A DNA stretch of 64,000 nucleotides from contig CBDBMG010000002.1 in assembly GCA_965207375.1 (NCBI GenBank), positions 96,001 through 160,000 on the forward strand, in the 5' to 3' direction. The notes beneath the pieces were generated by a model. The model was given only the letters and a program-made list of their open reading frames with translations, was not told where the DNA came from and did not search any database. This document shows positions 13,868 to 29,939 of the stretch, piece after piece (positions within the stretch are counted from its first letter, which is position 1; every line of letters begins with the position of its first letter). Source of the DNA: Nitrosopumilaceae archaeon (GTDB lineage: Archaea; Thermoproteota; Nitrososphaeria; Nitrososphaerales; Nitrosopumilaceae). The translations under genes were made by a program, and so were the position numbers.

Positions 13868-14546
13868 TAGGGCTTATGATAATGGCCAGTCATCAGACAT
13901 TTTCCCACCAATTTTAGTGTTTGATTAACCATTTCAAATTTGACCAGACAATTTTACTATACAGGGGTGGAGGAACAGGTCCGGCAGACCCGGCAGCTGC
14001 CGGACCAAAGTTAAACAGAAACCCACAATTCAAAATTTTTTGCTGTTAAACACACTGACAGTTTTAATAAACAATGAATCAACAAATGATACAACTTACT
14101 ATTTGTGTAAAACCATTGCTCTGTTAGAATAACAATGCTGAAAACAACTACTACAGCTGTTCTTCAAGCAACAATCTCGTACCAATTAGGCACCTCTAAA
14201 ATTAATTTTCGCTGGTGTTGAATAACAGAATATAGAGGTTTATTTGGATATATAATTTGTCTAACTGTCTAATTTAACTTGGTTTATGTATGTCATGTAG
14301 CTATATTTAGAGTAGTTGTAAACTGGCACCAGATTTAAACTCAGATTTCAGCAAGGATTTCAGGGCATGAATTTTCCTGGGAGGCATGCTCCAAGGCCAC
14401 CCAGGCTGACATTCCTATTTGTATTTTTGCCTGACCAATGGGGATTTGCTTCCTCCACCCCTGCTATACATTATCAATGGGAAAGTCAATAAATTTACAA
14501 TAGGAAAGCAAACGTCCGGACAGTTTTCAACCTTTGTCATAAGCAC
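13868..14546. mobile_element. hAT-type MITE hosting a nested element
   Basis: GGGCTTATGA / TCATAAGCAC termini. Confidence 0.45.
13962..14463. mobile_element. CAGGGG-ended MITE with 5-bp TSD (hAT5-like)
   Basis: TIR CAGGGGTGGAGGAA / TTCCTCCACCCCTG; CTATA duplicated. Confidence 0.75.
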
Positions 14547-15834
14547 GTTATTCTCATGCATACACAACTTTAGTGGTTAATTTTGTCACTTGATCAGCAT
14601 TTATACATATACATATATGATTTACGTACCTATATAATCACTTTTATACAAAGAACAACAAATGCCAAATACGTATACATATGCATGCATATCTCTTATG
14701 TACCCCTACTGTATGAAAGGTTTATTTGAATGTCACTTTCCATGGCCTTGGCTGCATTGGCCTGTGGAGAACAAGTACGTACATATATAATAGAATACAG
14801 CTACACATGTATAGTCACAGTATTATGTGAATTGATAAGCTACGTAGCTACCTAAACCTACGTATATGGTTCTCTATATAAATGTACGAATTACATGTAT
14901 AAGTTATAACACAGGTAAGAGGGCCTTGCCTGATACGTATATATGCCTGAGGGGGTGCAGCGCCTGAGGGCAAGTGTGTAGCTATATATCAGGCAAAGTA
15001 TGAGTGTTATAACTACATAATGTTATACCTCCGGCACTCTAAATTAAAAAAAACCTTCCCAAATTTATCGCTGGTATCTCAGTCTCTTTATATAGTAATG
15101 GGTACTTGTTGTGATTGTGGGGCTCTATTTTATCGTTATCGTGACATTCTTGCATGGTAGTGGCGGTGATTGTGGGTTTACCACAACACATTGCTTGAGA
15201 TTTATAAAACTTATAATGGGCAAAACTTGCTTTTTGATGATAAAATAATGGTGAGTGAATAGACTAAAGTAGATTAATATACACACAGTTACACAGTAAA
15301 CAGATTGTTTTTGTCACATAAGCGACTCACTTCAAATGATGTTCTATGGTACGCGTATAAACTTGAATAGATAGCAGATACAAACTTTTAGAAACATTTT
15401 AGACTAAAATTAAACTTTAGTAGGCAAATGAAAATTAATAAATCAACTTGTAAAACTAAAACCCACAATTGATATTGTATTGGTGTGTGTATAAGGAGCG
15501 GTAGTTTCACCTTGTGCATCAAATATTTTAGGGAATTTGTGGAATGTTTTTGAGATATATGCACACTTACGTGTGCAATATTATGATATACGCACACATA
15601 TACACTGGTATTTCCCTTTAATCTTAGGTACGAAGGTGTTATATACACATGCACACCTGTACGTGCGTACATACACACAAGCTAGCCAATTACACCCATG
15701 ATTGTAAAGACCCTGACATAACCATAGGCATGGTTACATTAACTACATACTTAGCTACTGTAGCTAGCTATGTAGGTGCATTATGATACGTATCTATATA
15801 TACATATTGTAGTACGTATCTACAAGCAACTTAC

Positions 15835-16761
15835 TCATCCAAATTCATAGTGATCTGAGTGCTGGTCTCTGAGGTGCTTCTAGGTCTTTTACCCATTTGT
15901 TGATCACCACCGGCTACATTAGGTCGTGCTGCATTCAGCTCAGTGTTTCGTATTAGTGTAGCCATTATTGGTGATGGTGGTACTATGGAACTGACATTGA
16001 AGGAAATAGTTTCAGCCAAACCTGCAATATAGCCTTATTATACATACGTATGTATATTGCATATGTGTATATGCAGCCAAAACAACTAAAGTTCTATATT
16101 CTTGTAAGCTATGCACATGCATGTATCTACGTATGTACATCAACTCATAATGCTTGCTATGTACTATATACACATAAGATAGTCATGAGATATGTAGCTA
16201 TACAATTATAGTACTAGTAACAATTCAAGCATTTGGCTACATACATACATACGTAAGTATGGATGCAAGGGCATAGATGGCGGAATTGGGGGAGGGTGGT
16301 GGGGGGCATGGCCTCTCCTAAATTTAAGATTCTCCATAGAATCAATTTTTGCAATAGAAAATCATTTGAGTTTAACTATGTACATACATAAGTGCCCCTC
16401 CCCTCCAACTTCACTAGCTTCTGTGTAAGGGGAAATTAAACTTGAAAGAGAATTGAAGTAACTAAATAAATTACATTGACCTTCTAGCTACATTGACTTT
16501 TAAAACTTTATAGAGTAGCAAAACCTAGGGCAGATTTGCTGCATGCCTCCTTGTATCTCTAAATGGAATATTCAAGTTTCAACTACACATGCACATTATA
16601 TGTTCATACGATTACCTCCAGGAGTACTGGCAATACGATCTGCTGATCTTGTTGGCATTACAAAAGTATCATCTTCAGTATTCTTCATTTCATCACTGAG
16701 GTCCTTGGGGGGAGGAAGGTCAGCAGGGTTCAGTTTGGATATGATAAGCCGAGGCTTCACC
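15835..16761 (-). CDS. Two spliced exons of an unidentified host gene (16761-16616, 16021-15835)
   Basis: Canonical cag/GT boundaries, phase-compatible join (...STPG-G-LAETISF...), S/T/P-rich peptide without a recognisable domain. Confidence 0.5.
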
Positions 16762-19523
16762 CTGTGAACCACCAAACACATTTCTACCAGCTATCATATT
16801 TACATATGTACGATGGTAATGTGTAGTTACATTATGTACGTAGGTACAAAAAACATCATGGTGACAATAAACAGTTCACAATTTCTACACGGCAAGATTC
16901 ATACATAGATACACTCATAGTACCATAGTCACTCAGCCATATGTATAACTGCACACATCAGCAATGCATACATAATCTATACATAATAGTTACGTAGCTA
17001 GCATTAAAATCAAGACTTATGATAATGAGTCACGAGGCCAAGAAGAAGCAGCAATAGATGGACTAGAGTGCACATAGCACCAAATTTGCAAACAATGTAG
17101 CTAAGCCATATCACTTAGTTATATACATAGAATCAATGAACTGATGATGGAAGATATTAGCATTAAGTACCACCAGCCATTGCAAGTTTTATGGCAATGT
17201 TTGTGAAACCATGCTCAATCTCTTATGCTTGCACACACTGCAGAACCTTCACAAGTCAATAATTATGGCTCATGGATTGCTGGGAGAAATACAAGGGAAA
17301 GCCTAAAAAGTTGTGTTGACTTGCTTCTCCCTTAATATATTCAAGTTTGTTTGTTGATACTTTAGCAAAAAATTATTAACCTGCTGGTTAGATAGGGATT
17401 CAGCAGACTGAAGCTATTAAGTGATACAAAGCACTGACAAAATTCCAATACAACAATACTTTCCATTACAAAACACTACCCTACTTACGTAGTTACATAC
17501 GTAGCATATGAATACGTATCTTGAACTGTTTTCCCATAAAATTGCCGTGTCCATTAGAAAAATTGATTGTGGATTGTGAATGTATGTAGGTCATATTTGT
17601 GTATGTCACATGCATTCAGTGTTATTATATACGTACTAGCTACATATTTGGTATTAAATTTAACCCTACCATGCACAAATAGAACATAGCAGTAACTATT
17701 TGTACTGAAGTCTGTGATAGTTGTCTATGATAAGGTACGTAACAGCTGCATACACTACACTACACTAGGGCATGAACAAATATTGTAACATTCAAATGTT
17801 TGTTTGTTTTAGTAACATTCGTCAGTAGATTTTTTGCTACCAAACATTCGTTAATCTTAATTATGCCTAAATTATGCTCAAATTTCATGTTAAATGTGCA
17901 CAAACGGTTGAGAAACTTATCAACAGACATAGTTGTAACTACTTTATTGTCGTTTATGTAGTGTATAATGTTACCATATAATAGTGAAGAGGAGAAAATA
18001 TATTCTAACCAATTACTGTGTGGGCGTAAAACATTCAAACATTCAAAATTAAAAAATGTTCGAATGTAAAAAGTCACATTCGTTCATGCACTACACTATG
18101 CTTGAGGTGTCATAGCCACATGTGCAGGCTACCATTTTCATTATAATACAACCATAGACTCCTACAAAGACTAGCTTTACTAATCTTGATGTATGTAGCT
18201 ACCTGTTTATAGCATGTGTTTACACTATACAGGTAAGTACGTAGCTACTTGCATTGTTATGCTACTTATTGTAGTGCTGGTGTTTTCCTTATTTTTAGTT
18301 GTTTATGTTTTTAAATTAGTACCTGTTTACGTATGTTGCCACAGATGCTTATCAAAGTACATGTGGGTCAATTACAACATTAACTACTCCACAATTTTTG
18401 TGAAGCCTTTCTCAAAGTTGGAGAGGCTTAGCTAGTTGGACCATACAAATCACTGTACTAAGCCTCTGGAAAAGTGAAGATCACGTGGCTCTATAGTAAA
18501 TTACTTAAGTAGCTATCTACTAACTTATTTGTTTTACTAGCAAATGTAGCTGCCCTATCATGCAAGTGTAGCCAAATACATGCCATGCATGATATCTAAA
18601 TCGTAAGATACTAAGCTAGTACTGCACAATCTCCCAGTCTCCTAAGCCTGTGGCTACTTAGTCTATAGTCTTCTATGCTTAGTTGTCTCTTATGCCTGCC
18701 TAGCCTTCTATGCCTGTGCATGTGTATAGGCCTAGTCTCCTAAGCCTATATATATCCATTAGTCTCCTCTGTTTCTAGTCTACTTTCCCTACCTAGTCTG
18801 ACTCTTACGTACGTACATCTAACCTATGACTGAGTCTCCACTGCTATATACATAATGATATGCTAAGTAACTCATGCCTATTTAGTTTCCTAAGCCTACG
18901 TACGTGTAGTCAGCTATACCCACCTATCAGCCCACCTACATAATATATAGTCTCCTAGTCTCTTCAGCCTTGATACCTAGTCTTATATAGTACATACCTA
19001 CCGTAGCTACGTATATCACGCAGGTACATATCTTCTATCAGTATGCCTATACATATATGCCTATACAGTCTCCTGTCTCACTATAGTCTACTTTGTCTAC
19101 TATAGTCTGTTACACCTACGTACCAATATAATTACTGCATATATGTAGCTAAACTCTTACAAGAAATAAAGACATTTAAAAATTGTAAAATTCAAAAAAA
19201 CACCGTAGATCCTGCATGGAATCATATACAATATACATTTTTATTAGGAATGATTAACTGTGTTGTATATAAGTAGCTATATATACACATTATACACTTG
19301 CACCATTACAAGGATGATGCGAGTACTCTCGCACAAGACTGATGCGAGTATGTGCAAACTCAAGAGTACAAGACATCTCCTGCCATTCCTCCTGGCGAGG
19401 ATGAGCGGGTGGTAAGTGTGACGTTGCATCTGAGTGATACCGTACCAAATCTTTAACAAACAATTATGTTACGTGATGAAATGAACCCTAGTGCATTATG
19501 AAATTGTATGTATTATGTGCTTA

Positions 19524-19964
19524 CTGTATAGCATAAAATTTTGACAAATTGACAAATTTTTGTATTTGATAAAAATACATATGTGACCCGATCTGACAAA
19601 ACCAGTCTTATTGCCCGAAAATACAACCATGTGTATAATGGTATCTATCTCTTATTCTGTAGGTGCTATTCAAATTCTGTAAGTTTTATAGGATTTTTGC
19701 TAGCTACAGGGTGAAGTTAGTGCTAACATATTGTGTTCAGAAAAAGAGTTATTAAACTTGAAAGACTCAAAATTAACTCAAAATTTTTATGGCAATAAGA
19801 CTGGTTTTGTCAGACCGGGTCACATATATTGATGAAAGTTGTTTCAAGCCTGAATTTCTATTTAACAAGCGGCACCATTTTTTGTAGTAAAAAACTTGAT
19901 ACAAATGGACAATTTTTCATCAAATTCGTCAATTTTTTAACTGTCAAAATTTTATGCCATACGG
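19524..19964. mobile_element. Tc2/pogo-like MITE (TA TSD) with nested GTGAC-ended MITE at 19583-19823
   Basis: TA|CTGTATAGCATAAAATTTTGAC / TTTTATGCCATACGG|TA; nested TIR GTGACCCGATCTGACAAAACCAGTCTTATTGCC flanked by ATAT. Confidence 0.7.
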
Positions 19965-20404
19965 TATTAGATAGCTATACATATTAAGGTGAAAAGGATG
20001 TACACATAATCTCTTAAGCCATAGCAAAATACTTTCCAATATTTTAGCTCACTTTTTGCTTAATGGAAGTTGCCATAGATAACTGTATGTTTATATTAAT
20101 GCTCACCAATAATTATAATTTATTTACATATAATAAGCCTCTAAATCTTTGGATAGAGGGGCTTTGCAAAAATTTTAATTGTTGAATATTAATTTTACAT
20201 CATAATTTCTCAAACTTTACTTTTATCTCTTATATACTGCAACATGTACAAAGTAATTGTGGGTTTTAATTTTTCGTCATTAACTATAACAGTAGAGCTC
20301 ATTATAAAAGCTATGGGTTTTAATATCATTATGAAGCTCTTGGAGTGTGGGAAACACTATGTATATGTGTCTCTGAAATGGGATTTACCATATAATATAC
20401 GTAC

Positions 20405-21002
20405 GTGACTGTCTCTGCAAAAACCAGCCTAGTTTGCACTAAAATTTAAATTCATTTTTTTGGCCCAGCTTATAGCTATACTCAATAGCTAGCCAAACAC
20501 CATGTCTCCTATGGCCAGACTCAAGTGGTCTGCTTTTCTGAGGGGAGGATTTGCAGTCTTGTAAAACCATGACCGCCACATTGGCACCTGCGGAGCCCTA
20601 TCGGCCTGGAATTCTACCCTTGACCGGAATGATGTCCCTTCGGCCTGGTTGTATGGTCAGGACCATCTGTGAGCATCTGGTCACCTCGTGTCTTCATCTG
20701 GGGAGGTTTTTCCTCCTCCCTCCCCACCCACCCCTCCCCTCCTCCCTCCCACCCACCTCCTCATAACACTGGGCTAAAATTGATGCACACCTTCAAAAAA
20801 ATCATCTGAAAAGGCTAAAATCAAGCAAGGAACAATTTCAAAGGTACACTGTATTTTATTCAATAGATTACTAAGTCCAGTTCTGTTAAACAAAAGCAGC
20901 CTAGTACGAGCAAAATCTGGTAATTTCAATTTAAAATATTTAAACAAGTATTTCTCTAATTACTACCAGGTGCGAACAAGGCTGGTTTTCGCAGACAGTC
21001 AC
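20405..21002. mobile_element. GTGAC-ended MITE
   Basis: TIR GTGACTGTCTCTGCAAAAACCAGCC / GGCTGGTTTTCGCAGACAGTCAC. Confidence 0.65.
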
Positions 21003-21914
21003 ATAGTATGTAGTTAAGTATTAGCGCTGTGCACCTACGTACGTACGTACAAAAATTTCATCACCGGTTAATTGGCCATTGGGTGATAATCGGCTAATTG
21101 GCACATTCTTACAACAAGGATAATGAGGGATAAATTTTACAGATTTTAAGTGCTAGTTATCATGTAGCTACGTACGTAGCTACTTTTAAACTCAATTTCT
21201 TCTTCTCATTTTAGCCTACGTATTCTACGTATATGTACGTACATAGCTAAAAGTTGATACTTGTTTGGGTTTTTACCGATACCAACACTTTGCGATACCA
21301 CTGGTATCTGTGCCGATACTGCATACCAATCAGGTATCAGTCCATGTCTACTATAGCCTTGAGCCTAATGTGCTGGCATAATTTTGAGAATTATATGTAG
21401 GTGGCAATTTTATTGCTAGAATTATAGGATCTTTTTATGTGCATAACTCTGGAATTATGGTTGAGCATAATGCAATTAATCATTGACAAAAGATCATTTT
21501 AAAAATTAATGATCCTTTACTCTTTGGACATCAGCAGCTCAGTTTCCGAATAGTTTAATGTGCATTATGGACACTATTTTTACTGACCCAGTAGAATTAA
21601 AAAGGAATAATAGCTGATGATTTGAGAATAATGTGTAAAAGTTTTGGGAAGTTAGGGAAGGTAAATTTTCAGGCTCAAGCCTAGTCTACTAACAACTGAT
21701 AATGTGAGTACTATGTATTTAGCTACATATTTGCAGGCAAACACAGTAACAGAAGTTAGATGCATTAGCTGCAAGTTGAGGATTCGATAAGTGGGCGTAT
21801 CTGTTGATTACGTTGCTGCATAAGCATTTTGGTATGAAAGCAGGCAGCAGGAGCCTAGCCCTTACAAGCTAGGGGCACTAAGTCAATTACATATAGCAGC
21901 CGCTCGCTCCCACT

Positions 21915-22960
<1,046 letters not shown>

Positions 22961-23014
22961 TATAGTAGTAGTAGTAGTATAGTAGTAGTGGTAGTAGTAA
23001 TAGTAGTAGTGTTG

Positions 23015-23655
23015 TAGTGGTAGTAGTAAGTTGCAGTGGTAGTACTAAGTTGCAGTGGTAGTAGTAAGTTGCAGTGGTAGTAGTAAGTTGCAGTGGTAGT
23101 ACTAAGTTGCAGTGATAGCAGTAAGTTGTAGTGGTAGTAGTAAGTTGCAGTGGTAGTAGTAAGTTGCAGTGGTAGTACTAAGTTGCAGTGGTAGTACTAA
23201 GTTGCAGTGGTAGTACTAAGTTGCAGTGGTAGTAGTAAGTTGCAGTGGTAGTAGTAAGTTGTAGTGGTAGTAGTAAGTTGCAGTGGTAGTACTAAGTTGC
23301 AGTGGTAGTACTAAGTTGCAGTAGTAGTACTAAGTTGCAGTAGTAGTACTAAGTTGCAGTAGTTGTACTAAGTTGCAGTAGTAGTACTAAGTTGTGGTAG
23401 TAGTACTAAGTTGCAGTAGTTGTACTAAGTTGCAATAGTAGTACTAAGTTGCAGTAGTAGTACTACGTAAGTTGCAGTAGTTGTACTAAGTTGCAATAGT
23501 TGCAGTAGTAGTACTACGTAAGTTGCAGTAGTTGTACTAAGTTGTAATAATAGTACTAAGTTGCAGTAGTTGTAGTAGTAGCAGTTGTAATAGTAGTACT
23601 AAGTTGCAGTAGTTTTAGTAGTAGTACTACGTAAGTTGCAGTAGTAGTACCAAGC
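23015..23655 (+). repeat. 19-bp minisatellite GGTAGTA(G/C)TAAGTTGCAGT
   Basis: Tandem units grading out of (TAG)n and decaying distally. Confidence 0.9.
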
Positions 23656-23685
23656 AATAATTGTAGTAGTAGTACACTAAGTTAT

Positions 23686-24292
23686 AATGTAATGTAATGT
23701 AATTTAAAACTTTACAGTGCACATATGGGGGAGTTAGCTGTATTACATACGTGGCTAGTCACAGATGAATGCACCGATGGTCCACAGACAACCTGTGCCT
23801 GTGGTCTATTATAAAATTATAATTATAAATTAATTAAGATTGTTAAAGTTAGTGGTGGCAGGATGTTGATTGCACCTGGAGCAGCCACACAAGAACGAGT
23901 AACTACATGCATCGTCAGACCTAAAATTGAGTTCAAAATGAAGTATGATAGCAATTGTTGCTTGATAATCTTGATATCGAGGTTTATATTGATTACAGGG
24001 AGTGCATTCCAAATTCGCGGAAGTCTGTTGAAGTAAAAGTTGTTAGAGCTGTTGTTGTTGGATCTAGTATGTCGCAGCTTGTGGCTATTAACTGATCGAG
24101 TATCCCCTGAAGTAAAAGAAATGAAATTTTCAATGTTAAATCCTTCATGAGGGGATTTCAAACTCCTAACAAAGAAGATAACATCATTGAGGTCTAGGAT
24201 GTACATGAGAGGCAGAATCTGGAGTTTTATAAGACGTGATTTATGGTCACTAACATAGTCATTTAGTACGTATTTAGTAGCCCGACGCTGCA
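23686..24292 (-). mobile_element. 3' end of an L2/CR1-group LINE
   Basis: QRRATKYVL...KSRLIKLQILPL...FYFNRLPRIWNALP; (ATTAC)n tail at 23686-23703. Confidence 0.75.
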
Positions 24293-24409
24293 ATGGTTGC
24301 ACTATAGCTATAGTATCAATCGCTATACATACATTAAGTTGATGTTTTACCATCTAAAAATGAGGCGCTGTGTAAGTTAAACTACTGCTAATCTACTGCT
24401 ATTCAGTAG

Positions 24410-24950
24410 TATTTAATGATGTCACGTGAGCAAAGACTCATCACTAAGGAACACATAGTAATGCATACAAATGTTATTATTCTGTCAAGCTGCCCAATTC
24501 CTGCTTTATACTCCTGACCAGTACTTTAGTGATAAAACTTTTTAGAAGTTGTTTTGAGCCAAAATTATTACTGTAGCCAACCTTCTTTTATAAGCTTAAT
24601 TCACAACCCACACGGCACACCCACTTTTAAAACTGAAGCACTCTGTCTTGTTAGTAATGTACAACTTAATATAAATGCCTTTTACCGTGTAATGAACGGC
24701 AAATACAGCATTAGCTTACTCTTCTTTGGCAGTAACTCATGACATGCTTTGTTACTAAGGCCATGCCCATTATTTGTATTGATAGCAAGTGTCATATAAA
24801 GAAACTGAAAAGCAGTAAGAGTTGTTTGATTGGCTATTCAGACTTTATTTCATGTAAATGGTTTTTATAGCCTGGCGGCGGACACGCACAAACACACATA
24901 CTGGCTTCTCGGACAAAACAATTTCAAACCAGGCCGGCCTGTGTGGTTTA
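24410..24950 (+). repeat. Dispersed repeat; inverted copy at 62096-62610
   Basis: Shared blocks TAAGGAACACATAG, TACTTTAGTGATAAAACTTTTT, CACGGCAC.CCCACTTTTAAA and a terminal AAACCAGG..CCTG(T)GTT palindrome. Confidence 0.65.
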
Positions 24951-26216
24951 ATAAGGCCTCCAAATTATAGTTAGCTCCATAACATTATCGTTGTGAAATG
25001 TAGACTTGTTGAGGCAAATGTGACATTTAAGAAAGCACTTGGTGTCTAAATGTGATACTTGCACATGATGGAAGGTCATTTATATAATATAATCCTGGAA
25101 AAGCATAAGGGTTCAGGATATTCCCTAGTGAGGCTCCTGAGATGACTGCATGCATGACTTTTAAGTTTATTCAAAGAACACAAAACATCCACATCATCAA
25201 CTGTCTATAAGTGCTAGCTACAGTACCACTTTAATTTGACAATGTAGCTACTAGCTGTGATTTTAAACTCATGCAATGGCTTGCTTTGAGCTTTGTTGCT
25301 AGTATCCATTGCAGCTTATCGTACAGGGTGTAGGCCGTTTAGCTAAATGCATGATCGATGTTATATATCATATCACACTATCATATGAAGGGACTGCCTA
25401 GTCCCCTAAGCCTGTCTATGTGCTTAACTACTACGTAAGTCTGCTATGCCTATGCCTCTCTAGCCTCCTATATGCCTGCCTAGTCTTCTATACCTTGTAG
25501 TAGGTTGTACCAGCTTAATCTATTGATTATAGCCAATGAGTTAGTATATATACTGTAGAGCACTAGCGCTGCTGCAGATGAACTTTCCATACCTATATTC
25601 CATTCCTCCTCTTCTGCTGTCTTGTTTCATAAGTTCGCATCATTATTGTTTTGAAGGACACACCCGATTATCGAGTAGCAATGTCCAGCAACCCTGTATA
25701 ACCTGCTGCTATACTAAGGCTTTAGACACTCTGAAGTAAGTAATTTGTGAATATGCTGACGAGGTAATGGCACTTTTGGTAGTAGTTTACGTGGGTGAGT
25801 CATTCCATTCAGTCATTGCGTACATGGGGGAAAAACAACCATACATAACTCTGTGACCATATTGTCCACTGGCTCCCAGTTTGGATTATTTTATTGTTCA
25901 TTGAATGCTGATTCGTTTGAGCTAAGGTATGTTACTGTATATAGCGTTGAAGCAAATCTACAGTGATCTTATTATTTAACGCAATTGAAAGTGGTGGCTA
26001 TTTTGGTAGACATTAGTGTCCATCAGGCACTTGCGGAAAAGTACAGCTCTCAAAAAGTGAACTCCATGAAGCCAGAGGACATAGCTTTCCCTTTGTGTAA
26101 GTCCAGTGTTGATCGATGCAGAGACCACAGATTAAAATTTGTGACAAGGAAAGAATACAGATGAACAGATAGACAAACAGACAGCTTTTCAGTTTTATAT
26201 AGTAGAAGATATAGCT

Positions 26217-26477
26217 ACTAGAATGATAAAAAATTAAAAAAATTAATAAAAGGTAAGTAGGGATTGAATTTTGGATTCAGTAGTGCTACAAAAAGTAAGG
26301 AAACAAGGAATAAGATTTTGGGACAAGAGAACATTCTGGCATGAGATAATTTATATAAGTTTAATCCCTACTTTTGGCAAATCTGAGCCAAAAGTTGGGA
26401 TTAAACTTTTATAAATTATCTCATGCCAGAATGTTCTCTTGTCAGAATGTTCTCTTGTCCCAAAATCTTATTCCTTC
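26217..26477. repeat. Foldback element, truncated copy of 40190-40515
   Basis: Near-identical left arm CTAGAATGATAAAAAATT...; partial right arm. Confidence 0.8.
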
Positions 26478-26896
26478 CGTCAGTGTGTTGCTATTACAGA
26501 GTGTAATATTGTCAGTGAGTATCTATAGTGTTTATTGACGTTGTATATTATTATGCACGTTTGATTTTAGTCTCAATACTTCAGGAACGTCAGTTACTGA
26601 GTTAGCATCACAAGCCATAGCGAATTTACGTGCATGGCCTTATCGATTAGAGCCTGTACCATGGGCGCTTATCATCTCTAATCGATAGGGCCCGGCTGCA
26701 CGTAAATTGGATCTGGGGCTTGCAAGACTAGAATGTCAGTATAGCTGTTCACATTAGCCAAACAGGCACTGCATGTAACTAAAGAACCTGTAAACAAGCT
26801 ACGTACATAGCTAGTACTTAAAATTTTATGTCTGCAGTTGTGAATACTTGTATATCTATATAGCTACAAAGTGTAGCTATCATAAAAAGTAAACAA

Positions 26897-27204
26897 ACTA
26901 GCATTTAAAAAATTAAAAATTTGAAAAAGGAGTAGCTATAGGGATTGCAACAAAAAGTAAGGAAACAAGTAGCAAACTAGCTATAATAGTTTGCTAGCCT
27001 GAGAGCACCCAAATCTATACAAGATTTAATCTCTACTTTGACTGGCGTATAGCTTCATATTAATTTTAAGCATCATGTGCATAATTATAGCTACGCCTGT
27101 CAAAGTAGGGATTAAATCTTGTAGATTTGGGTGCTCTCAGGCTAGCAAACTACGTATTATAGCTAGTTTGCTACTTGTTTTCTTACCAATCCTTATAAAT
27201 GCTA
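26897..27204. repeat. Related foldback element
   Basis: Inverted arms; shares AAAAAGTAAGGAAACAAG and an upstream AAAAAGTAAACAAACTAG with the 40190 family. Confidence 0.65.
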
Positions 27205-27346
27205 GTAGTATATACCAATGCCAAAGGTTTACTGATCTGCCTTCACCAAGGCTTGTTTCTTGGGCCTGCACAGAAGATTTAGTACACTAATGGAACTACG
27301 TACTGCAATATATTGCTACCACTGCTACTACCAGTACTACTACTAC

Positions 27347-27500
27347 ATTCATTATCAATGATTCACATGTACAAATGTACAGACAATAATGAACTATATT
27401 GTGCATAAATAAAATACATAAGATGCAGTTCAGTGTCCAATAGAAAGCATTCGTAAAATGTGAACAGTTACAATTATGGCAGTCTTCTGTAAATGACAAA
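27347..27500 (-). mobile_element. Very short R4/Dong-like 3' end, copy E
   Basis: Reverse strand reads HLQKTAIIVTVHILRMLSIGH*, then the conserved 3' UTR and a decayed (TAG)n. Confidence 0.75.
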
Positions 27501-27770
27501 ATGTGACTGGATTTTGGAAAACAGTTCCAAATCACACATTTTTATTTCAGTATATTTATCACTGCAATATGAAAAGTATTGCATTCCCAATAATATTTCA
27601 TAGCACTACAAGGAATTCAATGCTCAAATTACTGAAAGAATGTAAGAAATACTCCGTAAATACATACACACAAGTAGAAATATCATTAAATACATGCAGA
27701 AATACACTGGATTTCATGTGTGATTTGGAACTGTCTTCCAAAATCCGGTCACAAATAAACAATCTAGGTA

Positions 27771-29167
27771 ATACTACTACAACTGCTACTACTACTGCAA
27801 CTTAGTACTACTACTGCAACTTAGTACTACCACTGCAACTTAGTACTACTACTGCAACTTACTACTACCACTGCAACTTAGTACTACCACTGCAGCTTAA
27901 TACTACCACTGCAGCTTAATACTACCACTGCAACTTACTACTACCACTGCAACTTACTACTACCACTGCAACTTAGTACTACTACTGCAACTTAGTACTA
28001 CTACTGCAACTTACTACTACCACTGCAACTTACTACTACCACTGCAACTTACTACTACCACTGCAACTTAGTACTACCACTGCAACTTAGTACTACCACT
28101 GCAACTTACTACTACCACTACTACCACTACAACTTACTACTACCACTGCAACTTACTACTACCACTGCAACTTACTACTACCACTGCAACTTAGTACTAC
28201 CACTGCAACTTAGTACTACCACTGCAGCTTAATACTACCACTGCAGCTTAATACTACCACTGCAACTTACTACTACCACTGCAACTTACTACTACCACTG
28301 CAACTTAGTACTACTACTGCAACTTAGTACTACTACTGCAACTTACTACTACCACTGCAACTTACTACTACCACTGCAACTTACTACTACCACTGCAACT
28401 TAGTACTACCACTGCAACTTAGTACTACCACTGCAACTTACTACTACCACTACTACCACTACAACTTACTACTACCACTGCAACTTACTACTACCACTGC
28501 AACTTACTACTACCACTGCAACTTAGTACTACCACTGCAACTTAGTACTACCACTGCAACTTAGTACTACCACTGCAACTTAGTACTACCACTGCAACTT
28601 ACTACTACCACTGCAACTTACTACTACCACTGCAACTTACTACTACCACTGCAACTTACTACTACCACTGCAACTTACTACTACCACTGCAACTTAGTAC
28701 TACCACTGCAACTTAGTACTACCACTGCAGCTTAATACTACCACTGCAACTTACTACTACCACTGCAATTTACTACTACCACTGCAACTTACTACTACCA
28801 CTGCAACTTACTACTACCACTGCAACTTACTACTACCACTGCAACTTAGTACTATCACTGCAACTTACTACTACCACTGCAACTTACTACTACCACTGCA
28901 GCTTAATACTACCACTGCAACTTAGTACTACCACTACAACTGCTACTACTACTGCAACTTAGTACAACCACTGCAACTTAGTACTACCACTGCAACTTAG
29001 TACTACCACTGCAACTTAGTACTACCACTGCAACTTAGTACTACCACTGCAACTTAGTACTACCACTGCAACTTAGTACTACCACTGCAACTTAGTACTA
29101 CTACTGCAACTTACTACTACCACTACAACTTACTACTACCACTGCAACTTACTACTACCACTGCAAC
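27771..29167 (-). repeat. 19-bp minisatellite (ACTGCAACTTA(G/C)TACTACC), inverted relative to 23015-23655
   Basis: About 70 tandem units with an internal 332-bp higher-order duplication. Confidence 0.92.
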
Positions 29168-29206
29168 ACTACTACTACTACTACCACTACTACTACTACT
29201 ACTACT

Positions 29207-29939
<733 letters not shown>

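Noticed and set aside
27771-29167. CRISPR-like regular repeats
   Set aside because: Contiguous tandem units with no unique spacers and no cas genes
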